64,000 bases of DNA from Phoronis australis (lineage: Eukaryota > Animalia > Phoronida). Positions 54,201 through 64,000 of this stretch are shown piece after piece. Positions within the stretch are counted from its first letter, which is position 1. Each line of letters starts with the position of its first letter. The DNA is taken from NCBI GenBank assembly GCA_002633005.1, contig NMRA01000686.1, positions 124,001-188,000 on the forward strand, read 5' to 3'. Position numbers and translations under genes: made by a program. Under the pieces are notes generated by a model. The model saw only the letters and a list, made by a program, of their open reading frames with translations, was not told the DNA's origin and searched no databases.

Positions 54201-57200
54201 CTTCTTCAAATTGATCAAGAACTTATTAAATTAACAGCTACCTTATGAGTTTTTGCATGATAGAAGTGTGCTGTGACCACAAGTTGTAGTGTACGTACCC
54301 TTTTATACAGATGTGATGCATTAGGCCATAAAACTTTATTCGGTGGTTCTTGTGCAAATATATTTTAGATTGCAAACCTGGAATGATGGTACTTTATAAT
54401 AACCTAGCTTTTATAGTTATATGACAACCTTAAGTTTTCACCAAAAGTGGCCACCGAATAAGGACCTTGATTGTGATTTGCCCGTTACCGTTTTTTGTAA
54501 TAAGGTCTACAAACCCCAAGATTCGAGACCCCTGCATCCCTACATTTTAGGCTGGGCGCTCTCGTGGCAATATTCTGGTTATTCCTGTGCCTTGGCCCCT
54601 CCTAACTCAAAATCCTGGATCTGCCCCTGACAACAGTGTCTCGGAATCACAAAATCACAACATGGTCATCTACTAAACTCCAAGCACTTGCGGCTAACAG
54701 CACTTCGGGTAAAATAGCTTAGATTCTGGTCTGTATTTCTCGAAATATGAAGTCCTACACCGTATTCTAGTAGTGCACCTTCACTCAAAAGTCATGTAAT
54801 ATAACCTAAATTGACGCTTTGACACCACCAACGGTCCAGTAACTGAAGTCGAAAGGGGCTGTGACTGTGACCAAAAATGGAACACTTGGCTTTGGAAATG
54901 CATATAAGTCAAAAGAAGCGGCATTAATCCCTTTCATCATGGCAAAACAGTTTTCTTTGTGGACATGTCGATTACTAATACGAAATTGACCTCGGTCAAA
55001 AAAGGTAATTTCATAGTATTTTAAAAAATGTATGCAGTTCCAATTTCATTCTGAAGAAATGACTGCGCCTCACTATTATTAATCATCCACTAAGTCCATT
55101 CCCCTAAGCAAAATCCGAAGTAATTGTACAACAGCTACGTGGATGCTTTGCAAAAGTGCACACCTGCTTGACAAAGACAACTCCTTCATTCACTTAACTT
55201 TACCTAAATGTTTGACCGAAATTCTCGTGAGCTCTGTTAGCAAAGATAAAAATGGTTAACAGTTACAGTGCAGATATCAAATAGATTCGACCTATAAGGC
55301 AACACTTGTACAGAAACTTTCTTTTAAAGGTGCACTTCAAGCCCGTGATGACGAAAATAGTGTTCATGAGTGAATACTTACTAAAAGATTATTCAGTTGC
55401 TGGTTTACGTCCCATCCGCTCTTTAAATACTTCTCCAGAGTAGTACAATCACCATTCCACGCGGCTCTTTCAACCTGAAAATATTAATAAGTAAATATGG
55501 ATTATACATGACACAGCGTATGTGCACTATAATTATGGAGTCAACTTTACAAGCCGGGAGCTCTTTAGATGATATGAAAATTCCAAATACATGATTTTCT
55601 ATTTAACATTTTGCTTCTACTAGCTAAACAGTACGTTTACAAAGAGAGATGTCACAAAAGTATACCTAATTTTCTCAAGTTCGATAAAAAAACTTATGAA
55701 TACTATAATGCTGAAAAATTAAATGCACATAAAAACCTTGTAGATGACAGATTCTCTGCAAAATGGGAAAAATTTATTGTTCATGTTAACTTCATGTAGA
55801 AGATACTTACTTTAAACGAGATATGAGAATGGTCTTCCTGAGGTGTGCATGCGTGTACTTATTTGTTTTGTTTTGTTTGTTTTTGTAATTGTTTGTAAAC
55901 GATAATAAATACATAAAAACATGGAAAAAAATTCCAAAAGGGTCGGGTTGCCGCTGGGTTTTGATAATTGAAACAACGTGAACACGATCAATGTATTTGG
56001 TAGACTTCTTCCTCCAGAGAATCCTTCGTGATTGGACCATTTTATTGTCATTTTCATTTCAATGTATTATGTTTAATTTCAGTTTCCCCACAAGATGCCA
56101 ACTGGGGTTGGTATCCTGCCCTCTCAAACAATGTTTGGATAGGTACATGTAGTTGGCCCTTAGGTATATCTAGAGGACATTTATCCATTTAGGCCCAGTC
56201 TCGAGTTGGAATACATTGACTCATGCATTGTCCAGGTGCATCTCCTAGTGTCTTTGTCCGTTGAGGTTACGGTTCCTTTAGGTATTCAAGGTTTTGGTGG
56301 CATCATCTTGAGAATGTGCGGAAACGAGGATGTTAAGTGGGTGGGAAGGACGAAACAGATGCGTTTCAGAAATCATCTTTTATCGATGCCTACGGTACGC
56401 ATTTCACACTAGCCAAAACATTAGATTGGTCTGGAATATGGCTGTGTGCAGTCACCGACTAGAATCTTGATTCAGGCAACATGACAATTTTTATGTGTTT
56501 GCACTGCATTATTCTAGAATCTGAACGTTAATCATAAAAAGGACTGTGATGCGCGAGAATTAAATCAGTGCAAGATAAGCGCAAATAATTGCAATTGTGC
56601 CAATGTTATATTTACCCCCCCCCCTCTTTCTCACGCTCACCTGTTCCGTGTTCTCATAACCCCTATTTAGGGAACTTTGGCGCACACAATCACTTTTATA
56701 TTTGGTTGTTTGTACTTCATTCTAGCCCGGATTAACCCTATCCAATATTACATGTTTCTTTAGTATTATTTTTTTGTATTGCTACATATCATTTCCATGA
56801 TCAACTATCGTTATTGAATAATAGCATTTACCAAACTTGCCTAGTATTCTTGTACAGCGAACCAACTGGAGTTGATATAACGTGCTACTATGAACGACAT
56901 TAGTGATGCACCGTATTTGAATCATGTCCAAATTTCTCGGTCAAACTAACAATCGCTGGATACACGACGAATAAATTCGTCAGTGGCCTTGTGTTCGTGT
57001 AGTGAATTGCCTCTTATTCGCACACAGAACTTGTCGGGACAAAGAATATGAACTTGACACTATAAAAATGCTCAGGGTGGAAAACCTGATATTGTACACG
57101 TAGTTTATTGTTGGATTTGAAAAGAACTTTTAGTAGTGTATATATTGTTCATTGACGTGGGCTCAATACGCGAACTTGCTTATGGTTCGCGCCGGCATCA

Positions 57201-60200
57201 TTTTAATACCGCACATCACAGCTAAAAGGCATCTGCTGCATCACTTTTACAAAGTATGTTTTCGTCTATTAAAAAAAACTATTGATTATGCATATATGAA
57301 AAAACAAACCTGTTATAACTTTAAGTATCTTTGCTTTGAATATAAGCATGTATAGTCAAGTGGCCGAAAGTCACATATTTGACATTTTAACCCATAGCAT
57401 TAGCCGTCAAACTTTTGTTTTCTGTGCACGTGACCAGAGAATAACCTTTTGGACAGCTCCTCTGGCATGTGACACGGTTATAAAACGGCCGCACAGAGAC
57501 CTCTACGGCATGAATTAATATAAAATTTCACCCAATGAGGGATTGTCTTCTTAGCAATAATTTCTTAAAATGACTTTGAATACCTGTGAAATTTATCAAC
57601 TATCGGGCAAATCACAGTCAAGATCCATATTCCGTTGCCACTTTTGGTGAAAAAATGAATTTTGACACATGACTGTAAAAGCTGGATTATTTTAAAGTAA
57701 CATCATTCGAGGTTAGTGATCTAAATATTTTCGCACAAGAACCACCGGATAAAAGTCATGGCCTTATGCATCACGGTTGTATAAAAAGGTTCCGTACACT
57801 ACAACTTGTGGGCACTGCCCACTTCTATCATGCAAAAATTCATAAGATAGATGTTAATTTAATAAGTTCTTCGTCAAATCGTTGAAGTATGACATACTAA
57901 AGTAAGAAAAGTTATTACCTTACTGATCAAGTTGCTCTATATGATGATATATTGCATATCTTGTCACAGTATAACAATAACCTCCTCTCTTGCAATATGA
58001 TTCTTACAAAAAGAAAATGACCAGTAACTCCTTTTTTCGAAAACTATATTGGTGCTATTTGCCTAGTTTTCAATACATTCACCAGCTGGTCAAAATAGTT
58101 AAAGCAATGCTAGGCCCAGTGTTCCAATTGTAAACAGTAAAAAATGGTACAGCTTGGGGGGTACGTACACTGCGCATAATCAATCAAAATCAAATTTGAC
58201 TAAGTTAAAAGTCTAAAGGATGCATGGTCTCGAGTTTTGTGCTGCCACTGGTAGGTTTGTTGTAAGTTGTCATGAGAGATAGAAAACCTGCCTCTGCAAA
58301 TTTAGATGTCACATGACGTGTCTTCTAGGATGTTATTAGCCAAGTCCTTTGTGGCATTTTATTGCCCACAAATTTTATCATACGCATTGTTTTTTTTGTC
58401 AGACTGGATGCATTTTCGAAATATCAGTATTGTTCATGAGAACAGCAGTATGTAAAAATACTTGTGAGAAATACTTTATAGGTCGAAGGTACGTAAACTG
58501 CACAGGGGTACGTACCCTACACTTCAATGACTTCTCAGGTTTATAAAAAATATTTAGAATGTACTGAAAGTTAGTTCATTTACCAAATGTAGTCAAAGGG
58601 AACAAATAAAAAGTACAGCAAGCATATGCATATCTGTATGTCATTCTCTGAAAAAGCCACAAGTTAAAATATAGGGTTAGGTACACAAAATGCTAATAAT
58701 TCACTCAAAACAAATGTATGTGCAATTAACACCCATTTAACCTAGCATTTTAATGGAGAAAACTGTATGTGTCAAATGTTGCTTACTTATCGCGTAGTAT
58801 TTTTGTTTCATGGTATTTGTTCACATCGGGGTACGTACACTACACAGGGGTACGTACATTACATTACAATGACATGTCAGATGCGTAACTGAATATCAAG
58901 AATCTCCTGAAAGTTAGTTGATTTAATAAATCAATTCAAAGAGAGAACAAATAAAAACCACAGCATTCATGTGCATATCTGCCATACTTTAAAAATAGGC
59001 ACAAATTGAAATACATGTATAGGGTACGTACTATACACAAATACTAAAATTTCACTCAAAACAAATGTATTTGCAACAAACACCCTTTTAACGTAACAGC
59101 TTTAAGGAAGGAAACTGCCTATGATATGTTGCTAACTTACCAATTGATATTTTAATTTCATGGCATTTGTATACATGGGGGTACGTACACTACAAAAGGG
59201 AGTGATAATAAGCACCTTGTTGTTATTTAAAAAGCAATAAGTTCATTTGCAGCAAATTCTTACTTAGTAAAATATATTTCTTTTCTAAATTTGACAGTTG
59301 AAACTTGTAATTTTTAAAATGGCCACTCATTAAGCTAAAAATGCGTAGAATTTATAGACAAAAACATGCATAAATTTCTCAAACGTTGTCTGGTTTTGAT
59401 GGTTCTTTTTTAACATGCACAACTAAATAATACTTTGCATGTGAGAATATGGACCTTGACTGTCATTTAGCCGTATGTTGAAAATGCATCACGACCCCCC
59501 CCCCCATAAACATCGCAATATAATCCTCGTGTCTCCTAATTTTGGCAAAATTGCTTCGAGAGAAAAAATGCTGAACGAGTCAGTGAGGTTTTTGAGTCTA
59601 ATGAAGTCATGTTATTTATAAGCAGCAGTTTGCACAAACTACGATTTAAAGTACTGGTTCAACAGGTTTCACAACCCCACGCACCCGGAGAACAATGGTC
59701 TTCACTCACCGGGCAACACAGTCTAAAATAAAGAATTAATGAGGAAGTCCTCATCATAATAACATTGGTATGAATGACAGGGTTCCCGTCAGTGACCACC
59801 ACAACAGGCTCAGCTACAAACGAGAAAGCCAAACAATCATTTCCCGTCCAATGAATACTAGAACAATGTTGGTGTGCAAAACGACTGGACTCGTATGACA
59901 AGAGAGAAATGATTCAACGCAAATCATTTTACAACCAAAAAAACACCTCTAATATTCGTGTATCCTAATTGTCCTCGTCATCTTGTCACGTGTTCCTCCC
60001 CAAATAAAGCTTCAATATTTCTTTACAGTCCGGTGTAAGGGAAGAAAGCATGACAAATAAATGAACAACAGTAAGAAAGAAGAATACAGTGAACATCACT
60101 GACTCTTCACTAAGCAGATAATATCCTTCTGAACCAGTAAAACATCAATACCCGGTATTACATTTTTGATAGTTTAATCCGATGATTTCTTTCGTTCACG

Positions 60201-63200
60201 GCGAAGCAATAAATGATGCCGAGATAAGTATATTGAGTATTGGTCCATTTTACTTTCCAATCTGAAAACATTAAATCGTGTATCACTCTATTTTATTTCC
60301 CAAGGTTGTCATTGAATGTTGTTTATTTAGTTTAGAACATTATCCAAGACCCTCGAGTTATTCTGGTGTAGATGAAATTGCAGCGATCTACTTAATAGTT
60401 TTGGACGAAATTCCAGTCCCACCATATTTCAATTCAAAAATAAATTTATCTATATTCATGTGAAAATGTGAAGTGTCTTTATTCGGCCACTGAACATGAA
60501 TAACAATCTCCAGGATAAGCTTCCAACAAATACATGCACTTCAATGGCTGTAAGCTGCCCTGCACAGTCACATTTCTCTGACCCAAATTTATAGTCAATA
60601 TCACTCTTCAAGATTCGTGTACACACCCCTCTAGAATAGGAACTACCACAGCTCATAAACAATCAACGCCCCATTAAACATACATTGTTTTAAGATTGTT
60701 TCCACAAATATGTATCCCGCGAGCAGTATCTGAAAACAATGTATATATCATTGCTTACATATTTTCTTTTTCTGTGTCCTTCACTACACTACATAAACAG
60801 TTAATTAATTTACACTTAAGTGACCTTGGCCATCAACACTTCAATCGCATACGTGTACACACAGAAGACGAGATAGTTGAAAACAAATAGTCTATAGACT
60901 ACACATATCTTTCCATTTTCTGAAATAATCAATGACAAATCGGTAATACATGCACATTTCACTTCTTTTTCAAAAAATAATTCACATGTGAACTTAAACT
61001 ACAGAACGCCTGTCATAGAAATCTATAGATACAAAGAAAACAGATAAGACCTGAGTTATCGTTGAAACGAGAATAAATCACCCAACTTATGATAATAACT
61101 TTCAAACAATAATGAAACGATAAATAATGTTGGCTATAACACACTCAAACAAGCCTTCCGTGGGCTTTGAACACTCGACAGTGGTTAGCCATTGGACTCG
61201 TGCAAAATAAACGCGAAGCCCATATTATTCAGATAACAAAACCGTTGCTCATTTGCTGAGGTAGGTTAATCGAGTCCACTCTGTGCAGAGTAACCAGGTT
61301 CCAGGAAACGAATTTTCTCCGGGTCATGGCTCTGTTCAATAGGGTTTGACGACGCTGTACATTACCTGTATTGAATACAGTTGTGAACAAACACGAAAAG
61401 CAAACTAAGGAGCGTTGCGTGTTCTTTGAAAGAGTAAATTGACATCGTTACCAGAAGCTAGTTACTCACGGCATGTGTGGCTCAGAACTGAGGGTGACAT
61501 TTCCACAGTAAGTTTCCCACCGAATGGGAACCGTTGTAATTTCTGACCCAATACCCTTTGAAAGGATGTGACATTCATTTCTACAAAAGTGAACCTTTTC
61601 CGAATTGATTCGACACAAAAAGGCTCACCGTGTCTAGTTCGAAACACCAACTGGAAAAAAGCTGTCAGCTTGTTCTTTTTTTATCTTCGTAATTCTGTAG
61701 AAATGATATTTTAATAAACTGTCGTTAAAACACTGGTGCTGAGTTTAGAAAAGACGGGTTTAAAAGGCAGTTGTCCTTGAATTTTTGCAAAAGTGTAGTA
61801 TCATTTATTTAATCTATCTGGCTGAACGCATCTCCAGAATGGGTGACCTTTTCATGCCTGGGAGTTTTCCTGCAATTTGTTCCCCTTTTGGGGCAACCTC
61901 TCTAATGGGTGTGTATCATGACCCTAATTTTACACTGAGTAAAATGGCATCCCGTACTGCCCTCCCCCATTTTGATCGATAAGAGGACGGAATTTGTTAT
62001 GAAAAACAGAAGGCACAACTGTCAGTATCACCGTTAAAAGTGCTGACTGTCCAGCCTGGTTGTGTTTGTGTCAGGTATCATAAAAATCCCAAGAGTTAAT
62101 TAAGTAATACCGCTCGGCAGTACGCAGTACGTGTCAAATCTTGATAACAAAAGACCCATGCAAAATGTCAAAATCTGGCAAATTTTGGAGCATCTTAAAT
62201 GAATCTTACAAAAGTAGATCGGAATTGTTCGCTTCTCCCCCATACTATGCTTTATGTACTATTCTCCAAAACACTTTTAGGGGATATTTTATAAAAGTTA
62301 CACATTGTACGAGTGGGGTATAAAAGTAGGACTTCTGAAGTTGCATGACACGAACAGGAATTGCTATTTCAGAACGCATTGAAATCCCCCGTTTTGAACA
62401 TTGATATCAAACTAGCGCTAACTCGTGAGGTGAAGAGTGCGCCCCCCGGCGGCCGGTTGACACTGCCTAGGCGCCCAGCTCGGTCTACTATAAGGGTTCC
62501 GTGGATTGATGCACCAATGGTCGATAGCAGTGTGATTGCCACTCCCCCCCCCCCCCCCNGGCCCCTCCCCCTTTGTCGACACCTCTTTGCCCTCCCTGTC
62601 GACGGTTCTATTTGGCGCCCTCATATTGATCGGGTTTCGACCTGCTTGGTGCCCCCCCTGGCGCCCATCAGGTGTCCTCTCGGCCTCCCCTTCTGCAGGC
62701 ACTTGGGAGCTGCAAGCCTTCCCTGAACCCCACTTGCTACGCTACCCCTATCATGTGAGTCAAGGAAAGTCAAGTGTGCGCAACACCAACCAGGACCCAA
62801 AGCCCACAGACTAATCACCCTTCAACCTATAATGGACTATTCCGTGAAGCAAGGGGTCAACGGGAGTGTTCAAAGGTCAACTGCATTAAAAAAACACAAG
62901 GGCTTGCCATGGTGAAAACGACCTTACGAATACAATTGTTCACAACAGCACCTGGATAGGCAGGCAGTTTTATGACGCTTAGTCGCACAACACAAAACAC
63001 TCAGTGGAGCCTCCACGGCCAAAAATCGTGTTTAACTAAAAAGCATGCAAATAGTGTCTTTGCTTTGGTCGGTTTCAAAATGCAAGTAAATAGTGACTTC
63101 ACTTGACGTAACGAAGGGGGTTGCATAATGTTGCCTGTCTAAAAGTTTGGCTGCATCTAAAATTGCCGGAAGTAGTCCTTTTACACTGGACCACTCCGAA

Positions 63201-63616
63201 GCTCCGCCCCTCGTTTGCTGTGACGCTGGAAAATTCCCAGCTCACGCCATATTTTGTGACTGCACAAGGCCATTGCAAGGGTAAATGGGGGACTAATTTA
63301 AAACTGTTGTTTTTTAATGTGACCCGAGTTTGGATCTCAAACTGTACATGCTGTAATATCTAATCAAAATATCTTTACAAATTCATAAAACTTAGGTTGT
63401 GATGTTATAATTATAATGTCAGCTAGACCGGTTGTGAATATAGCGCCTAGGCGGATTAAACAATCAAATTTCGATAAACATATTCAGCATAAAACAAATA
63501 AAAGACGAGGACCCAAACATGTTTCAAGGACGACGAAATGAGGGAGTTTAGACTCTCACCTCTAGCAGTTCTTCCCTACTGAGACGAACGCCGCCTGATT
63601 TTTTGCTCTCAGCCAT
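26961..63616 (-). CDS. Gene B: spliced ankyrin-repeat + FAM111-like trypsin-fold serine protease, 12 coding exons, 628 aa; join(63560-63616, 55382-55474, 41727-41822, 41063-41164, 40603-40701, 40141-40242, 39493-39594, 32855-32938, 32167-32449, 31805-32035, 28466-28791, 26961-27272)
   Basis: All 11 introns are GT..AG with compatible phases (0 for introns 1-8, then 1, 1, 0). The spliced length is 1887 nt with no internal stop. Ankyrin TPLH/TALH motifs are in exons 3-8, and the protease motifs GSGFRVG..VMTNCHVV, DDDLDVAIVDL, HFAGHPDG and GSSGSPG..VMHTSG are in exons 10-12. Confidence 0.85.
28466..28791 (-). CDS. Gene B exon 11, protease middle with catalytic Asp (..DDDLDVAIVDL..HFAGHPDGHEKVLDTQC..)
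   Basis: ctgtttcag| and CAG|gtacac, 326 nt, phase 1-0. Matches the FAM111-type LDxA..L and GHPxG..K..D..C pattern; Asp codon at 28682-28684. Confidence 0.9.
29860..30270 (-). mobile_element. 3' end of an L2/Crack-like LINE
   Basis: Short tandem tail and AATAAA on the minus strand, a 3' stem-loop, and a degraded 'LKLPR...GPK' C-terminal remnant. Confidence 0.4.
31467..31729. mobile_element. GC-ended MITE in intron 10 of gene B
   Basis: TIR CATGCGTGCACCCAG ... CTGGGTGCGTGCATG with a G-run and C-run interior. Confidence 0.65.
31805..32035 (-). CDS. Gene B exon 10, protease N-terminal part with catalytic His (..SVVLLARSDGYGLGSGFRVGPTYVMTNCHVVK..)
   Basis: gtttcag| and C|gtaagt, 231 nt, phase 1-1. 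GSGF..TNxHV is the trypsin-like (PA clan) His motif; His codon at 31830-31832. Confidence 0.9.
32167..32449 (-). CDS. Gene B exon 9, linker (KQMELQRDITKLEKKHGHTIEVRLRGARG...VNTRLS)
   Basis: cattttcag| and G|gtaaat, 283 nt, phase 0-1. Coincides with ORF 32159..32443. Confidence 0.82.
32855..32938 (-). CDS. Gene B exon 8, ankyrin C-cap (ENKTALDVCGIYGYADKDEVKKTKTILK)
   Basis: atttacag| acceptor, AAG|gtactc donor, phase 0-0. 'TALD' is the typical terminal ANK motif, and this exon bridges the ankyrin block to the protease block in frame. Confidence 0.8.
39493..39594 (-). CDS. Gene B exon 7, ankyrin repeat (SGDTPLHNASERGRTEVVKLLCRESGCDVNTVNK)
   Basis: ctgtag| and AAG|gtatcg, 102 nt, phase 0-0, TPLH motif. 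Confidence 0.9.
40141..40242 (-). CDS. Gene B exon 6, ankyrin repeat (MGVTPLHMAAEGGHTETVKVMLAHKASVDVRDML)
   Basis: tacatag| and |gtaagt, 102 nt, phase 0-0. Confidence 0.92.
40603..40701 (-). CDS. Gene B exon 5, ankyrin repeat (EGRTPLHRAAECGHTDVVKAMLANKASVDVRDV)
   Basis: tacatag| and |gtaagt, 99 nt, phase 0-0. Confidence 0.92.
41063..41164 (-). CDS. Gene B exon 4, ankyrin repeat (LGGTPLHMAALWGHTDTVKVLLANKASVDVRDYV)
   Basis: tacatag| and |gtaagt, 102 nt, phase 0-0, TPLH motif. Confidence 0.92.
41727..41822 (-). CDS. Gene B exon 3, ankyrin repeat (GQTALHIATEEGRTELVRVLVQGGADVDVRDE)
   Basis: ttctgcag| and |gtaata, 96 nt, canonical ANK consensus. Paralogue at 5414-5509. Confidence 0.92.
42904..43068. 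repeat. Two-copy 96-bp tandem duplication
   Basis: GAAGAGTTGCCTTCAAAATGCAGCACTT..CAGTTTTCACGTGTA.ACGCGAT is repeated at 43000. Confidence 0.8.
43941..44853 (-). mobile_element. 5'-truncated Crack/CR1-clade LINE (RT C-terminus, 3' UTR, (TAAA)n tail), recent and B-specific
   Basis: FKYLGLTLDPNLKFNMHID..LYHSIIQPHIDYCLPVWG..QDRAARAI..GKRSFIYAAAVMWNS, a terminal GAGGG..CCCTC stem, and an empty site in copy A at ~6705. Confidence 0.92.
48908..49039. mobile_element. Small MITE
   Basis: TAGGGGCGGATCCA ... TAAATCTGCCACTA ends. Confidence 0.6.
51090..51560 (+). mobile_element. Old CR1-like LINE relic (paralogous copy)
   Basis: Homologous to 16950-17400. Confidence 0.55.
52370..54629. mobile_element. 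GC-ended MITE split by the 52453-54484 insertion
   Basis: CAGTTGCGGATTTAAGG ... CCTGGATCTGCCCCTG ends; empty site in copy A at ~18125. Confidence 0.6.
52453..54484 (+). mobile_element. Non-autonomous TIR transposon (family copy 2)
   Basis: TIR CGGCTAAATCACAATCAAGGTCCATATTC / GAATAAGGACCTTGATTGTGATTTGCCCG, homology to 14770-16912, and repeated GTAGTGTACGTACCCC. Confidence 0.88.
55382..55474 (-). CDS. Gene B exon 2, ankyrin N-cap (VERAAWNGDCTTLEKYLKSGWDVNQQLNNLL)
   Basis: ttttcag| acceptor, |gtaagt donor, phase 0-0, AAxxG..L..G.DVN pattern. Paralogous to 19018-19107. Confidence 0.85.
55500..55920 (+). mobile_element. 3' end of an L1/Tx1-clade LINE
   Basis: LLLLAKQYVYKERC..P.F..F..Y.AEK..F.AKWEKF followed by a T-rich 3' UTR and AATAAA. 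Confidence 0.7.
57604..59473 (-). mobile_element. Non-autonomous TIR transposon (family copy 3, inverted)
   Basis: TIR CGGGCAAATCACAGTCAAGATCCATATTC / GAATATGGACCTTGACTGTCATTTAGCCG, perfect TAT target duplication, and GGGGTACGTACACTAC motifs. Confidence 0.88.
60150..60720 (-). mobile_element. Degraded, internally deleted L1/Tx1 LINE fragments
   Basis: SCGSSYSRGVC..D..G (endonuclease 'SNSRGVAIL' motif) and KWTNTQYTYLGII (RT 'YLGI' motif). Confidence 0.55.
63560..63616 (-). CDS. Gene B exon 1 (MAESKKSGGVRLSREELLE)
   Basis: ATG GCT start and GAG|GTGAGA donor. Same length (57 nt) as, and homologous to, 22068-22124 in gene A. Confidence 0.8.
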
Positions 63617-63660
63617 ATCCAAGTCTGGTCTTGTCGGTAGCTGTCGTTAATCTGCGCCGA

Positions 63661-63714
63661 AAGATAACACAGTAGTTTCTGTTTGAATGGGTTTTTCCAA
63701 GTTTCGATGCGTCA
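63661..63714 (-). promoter_or_regulatory. Putative proximal promoter cluster of gene B (GATA, ISRE-like AGTTTCTGTTTG, kB-like GGGTTTTTCC, CRE/AP-1-like TGCGTCA)
   Basis: Lies 45-100 bp upstream of the ATG. CAAGTTTCGATGCGTCA is identical in the paralogous promoter at ~22216-22232. Confidence 0.45.
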
Positions 63715-64000
63715 CATGCCAACCAACACAATAGATGTAGGCGTTCACGAGTATAAGGTCGCTAAACAAATTCACAAACTAGTACTTGTGAATCTGATTT
63801 TAATAGCCAAATTTGGTCGAGTAACAATCAAAGATTCCTCCATCGAACTCCTGGTTTTTCTATGAAAATTTTCGGATTAAACTTAGAACTATATTTTTGC
63901 GATATTTTATTGCGCGCGTAGATTATGACCAAGTTACTGCCAGATTTTGGAACTCTTTCGTTTAGTGAAATAAGAATTTGGAGCATTGTCTGCCAACCAA

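Noticed and set aside
62361-62818. Cluster of Pro/Gly-rich ORFs
   Set aside because: GC-rich repeat-derived intron sequence with a C-run and an N. The frames are not conserved in the paralogous segment.
1-64000. tRNA, rRNA, CRISPR or prokaryotic operon features
   Set aside because: None recognisable; the window is intron-rich eukaryotic DNA.

Overview
AT-rich eukaryotic DNA with spliceosomal GT-AG introns, many transposon relics and one assembly gap. It is probably from an invertebrate animal, but the taxon is inference. The six-frame ORF track is almost all noise. Reading the minus strand exon by exon, I can assemble one complete 12-exon gene ('gene B', 63616->26961, 1887 nt, 628 aa). It encodes an N-terminal ankyrin solenoid (N-cap, 5 full repeats, C-cap; one repeat per phase-0 exon), a ~110-aa linker and a C-terminal FAM111-like trypsin-fold serine protease with an intact His/Asp/Ser triad. 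Directly downstream, head-to-tail and ~41.5 kb away, is the 5' part of a paralogue ('gene A', 22124->135) that runs off the left edge of the window. The central ankyrin exons sit in ~410-460 bp exon+intron tandem units. Their codon differences are almost all non-synonymous and concentrate on the ankyrin ligand-binding positions. The promoters carry kB/ISRE/CRE-like motifs. Together this suggests a tandem family of diversifying 'ankyrin sensor + FAM111 protease' genes, possibly with an immune role (inference). The rest is LINE relics, non-autonomous DNA transposons, a HINE-like element, hairpins and microsatellites. Several of these can be dated against the duplication from empty sites in the paralogous copy.
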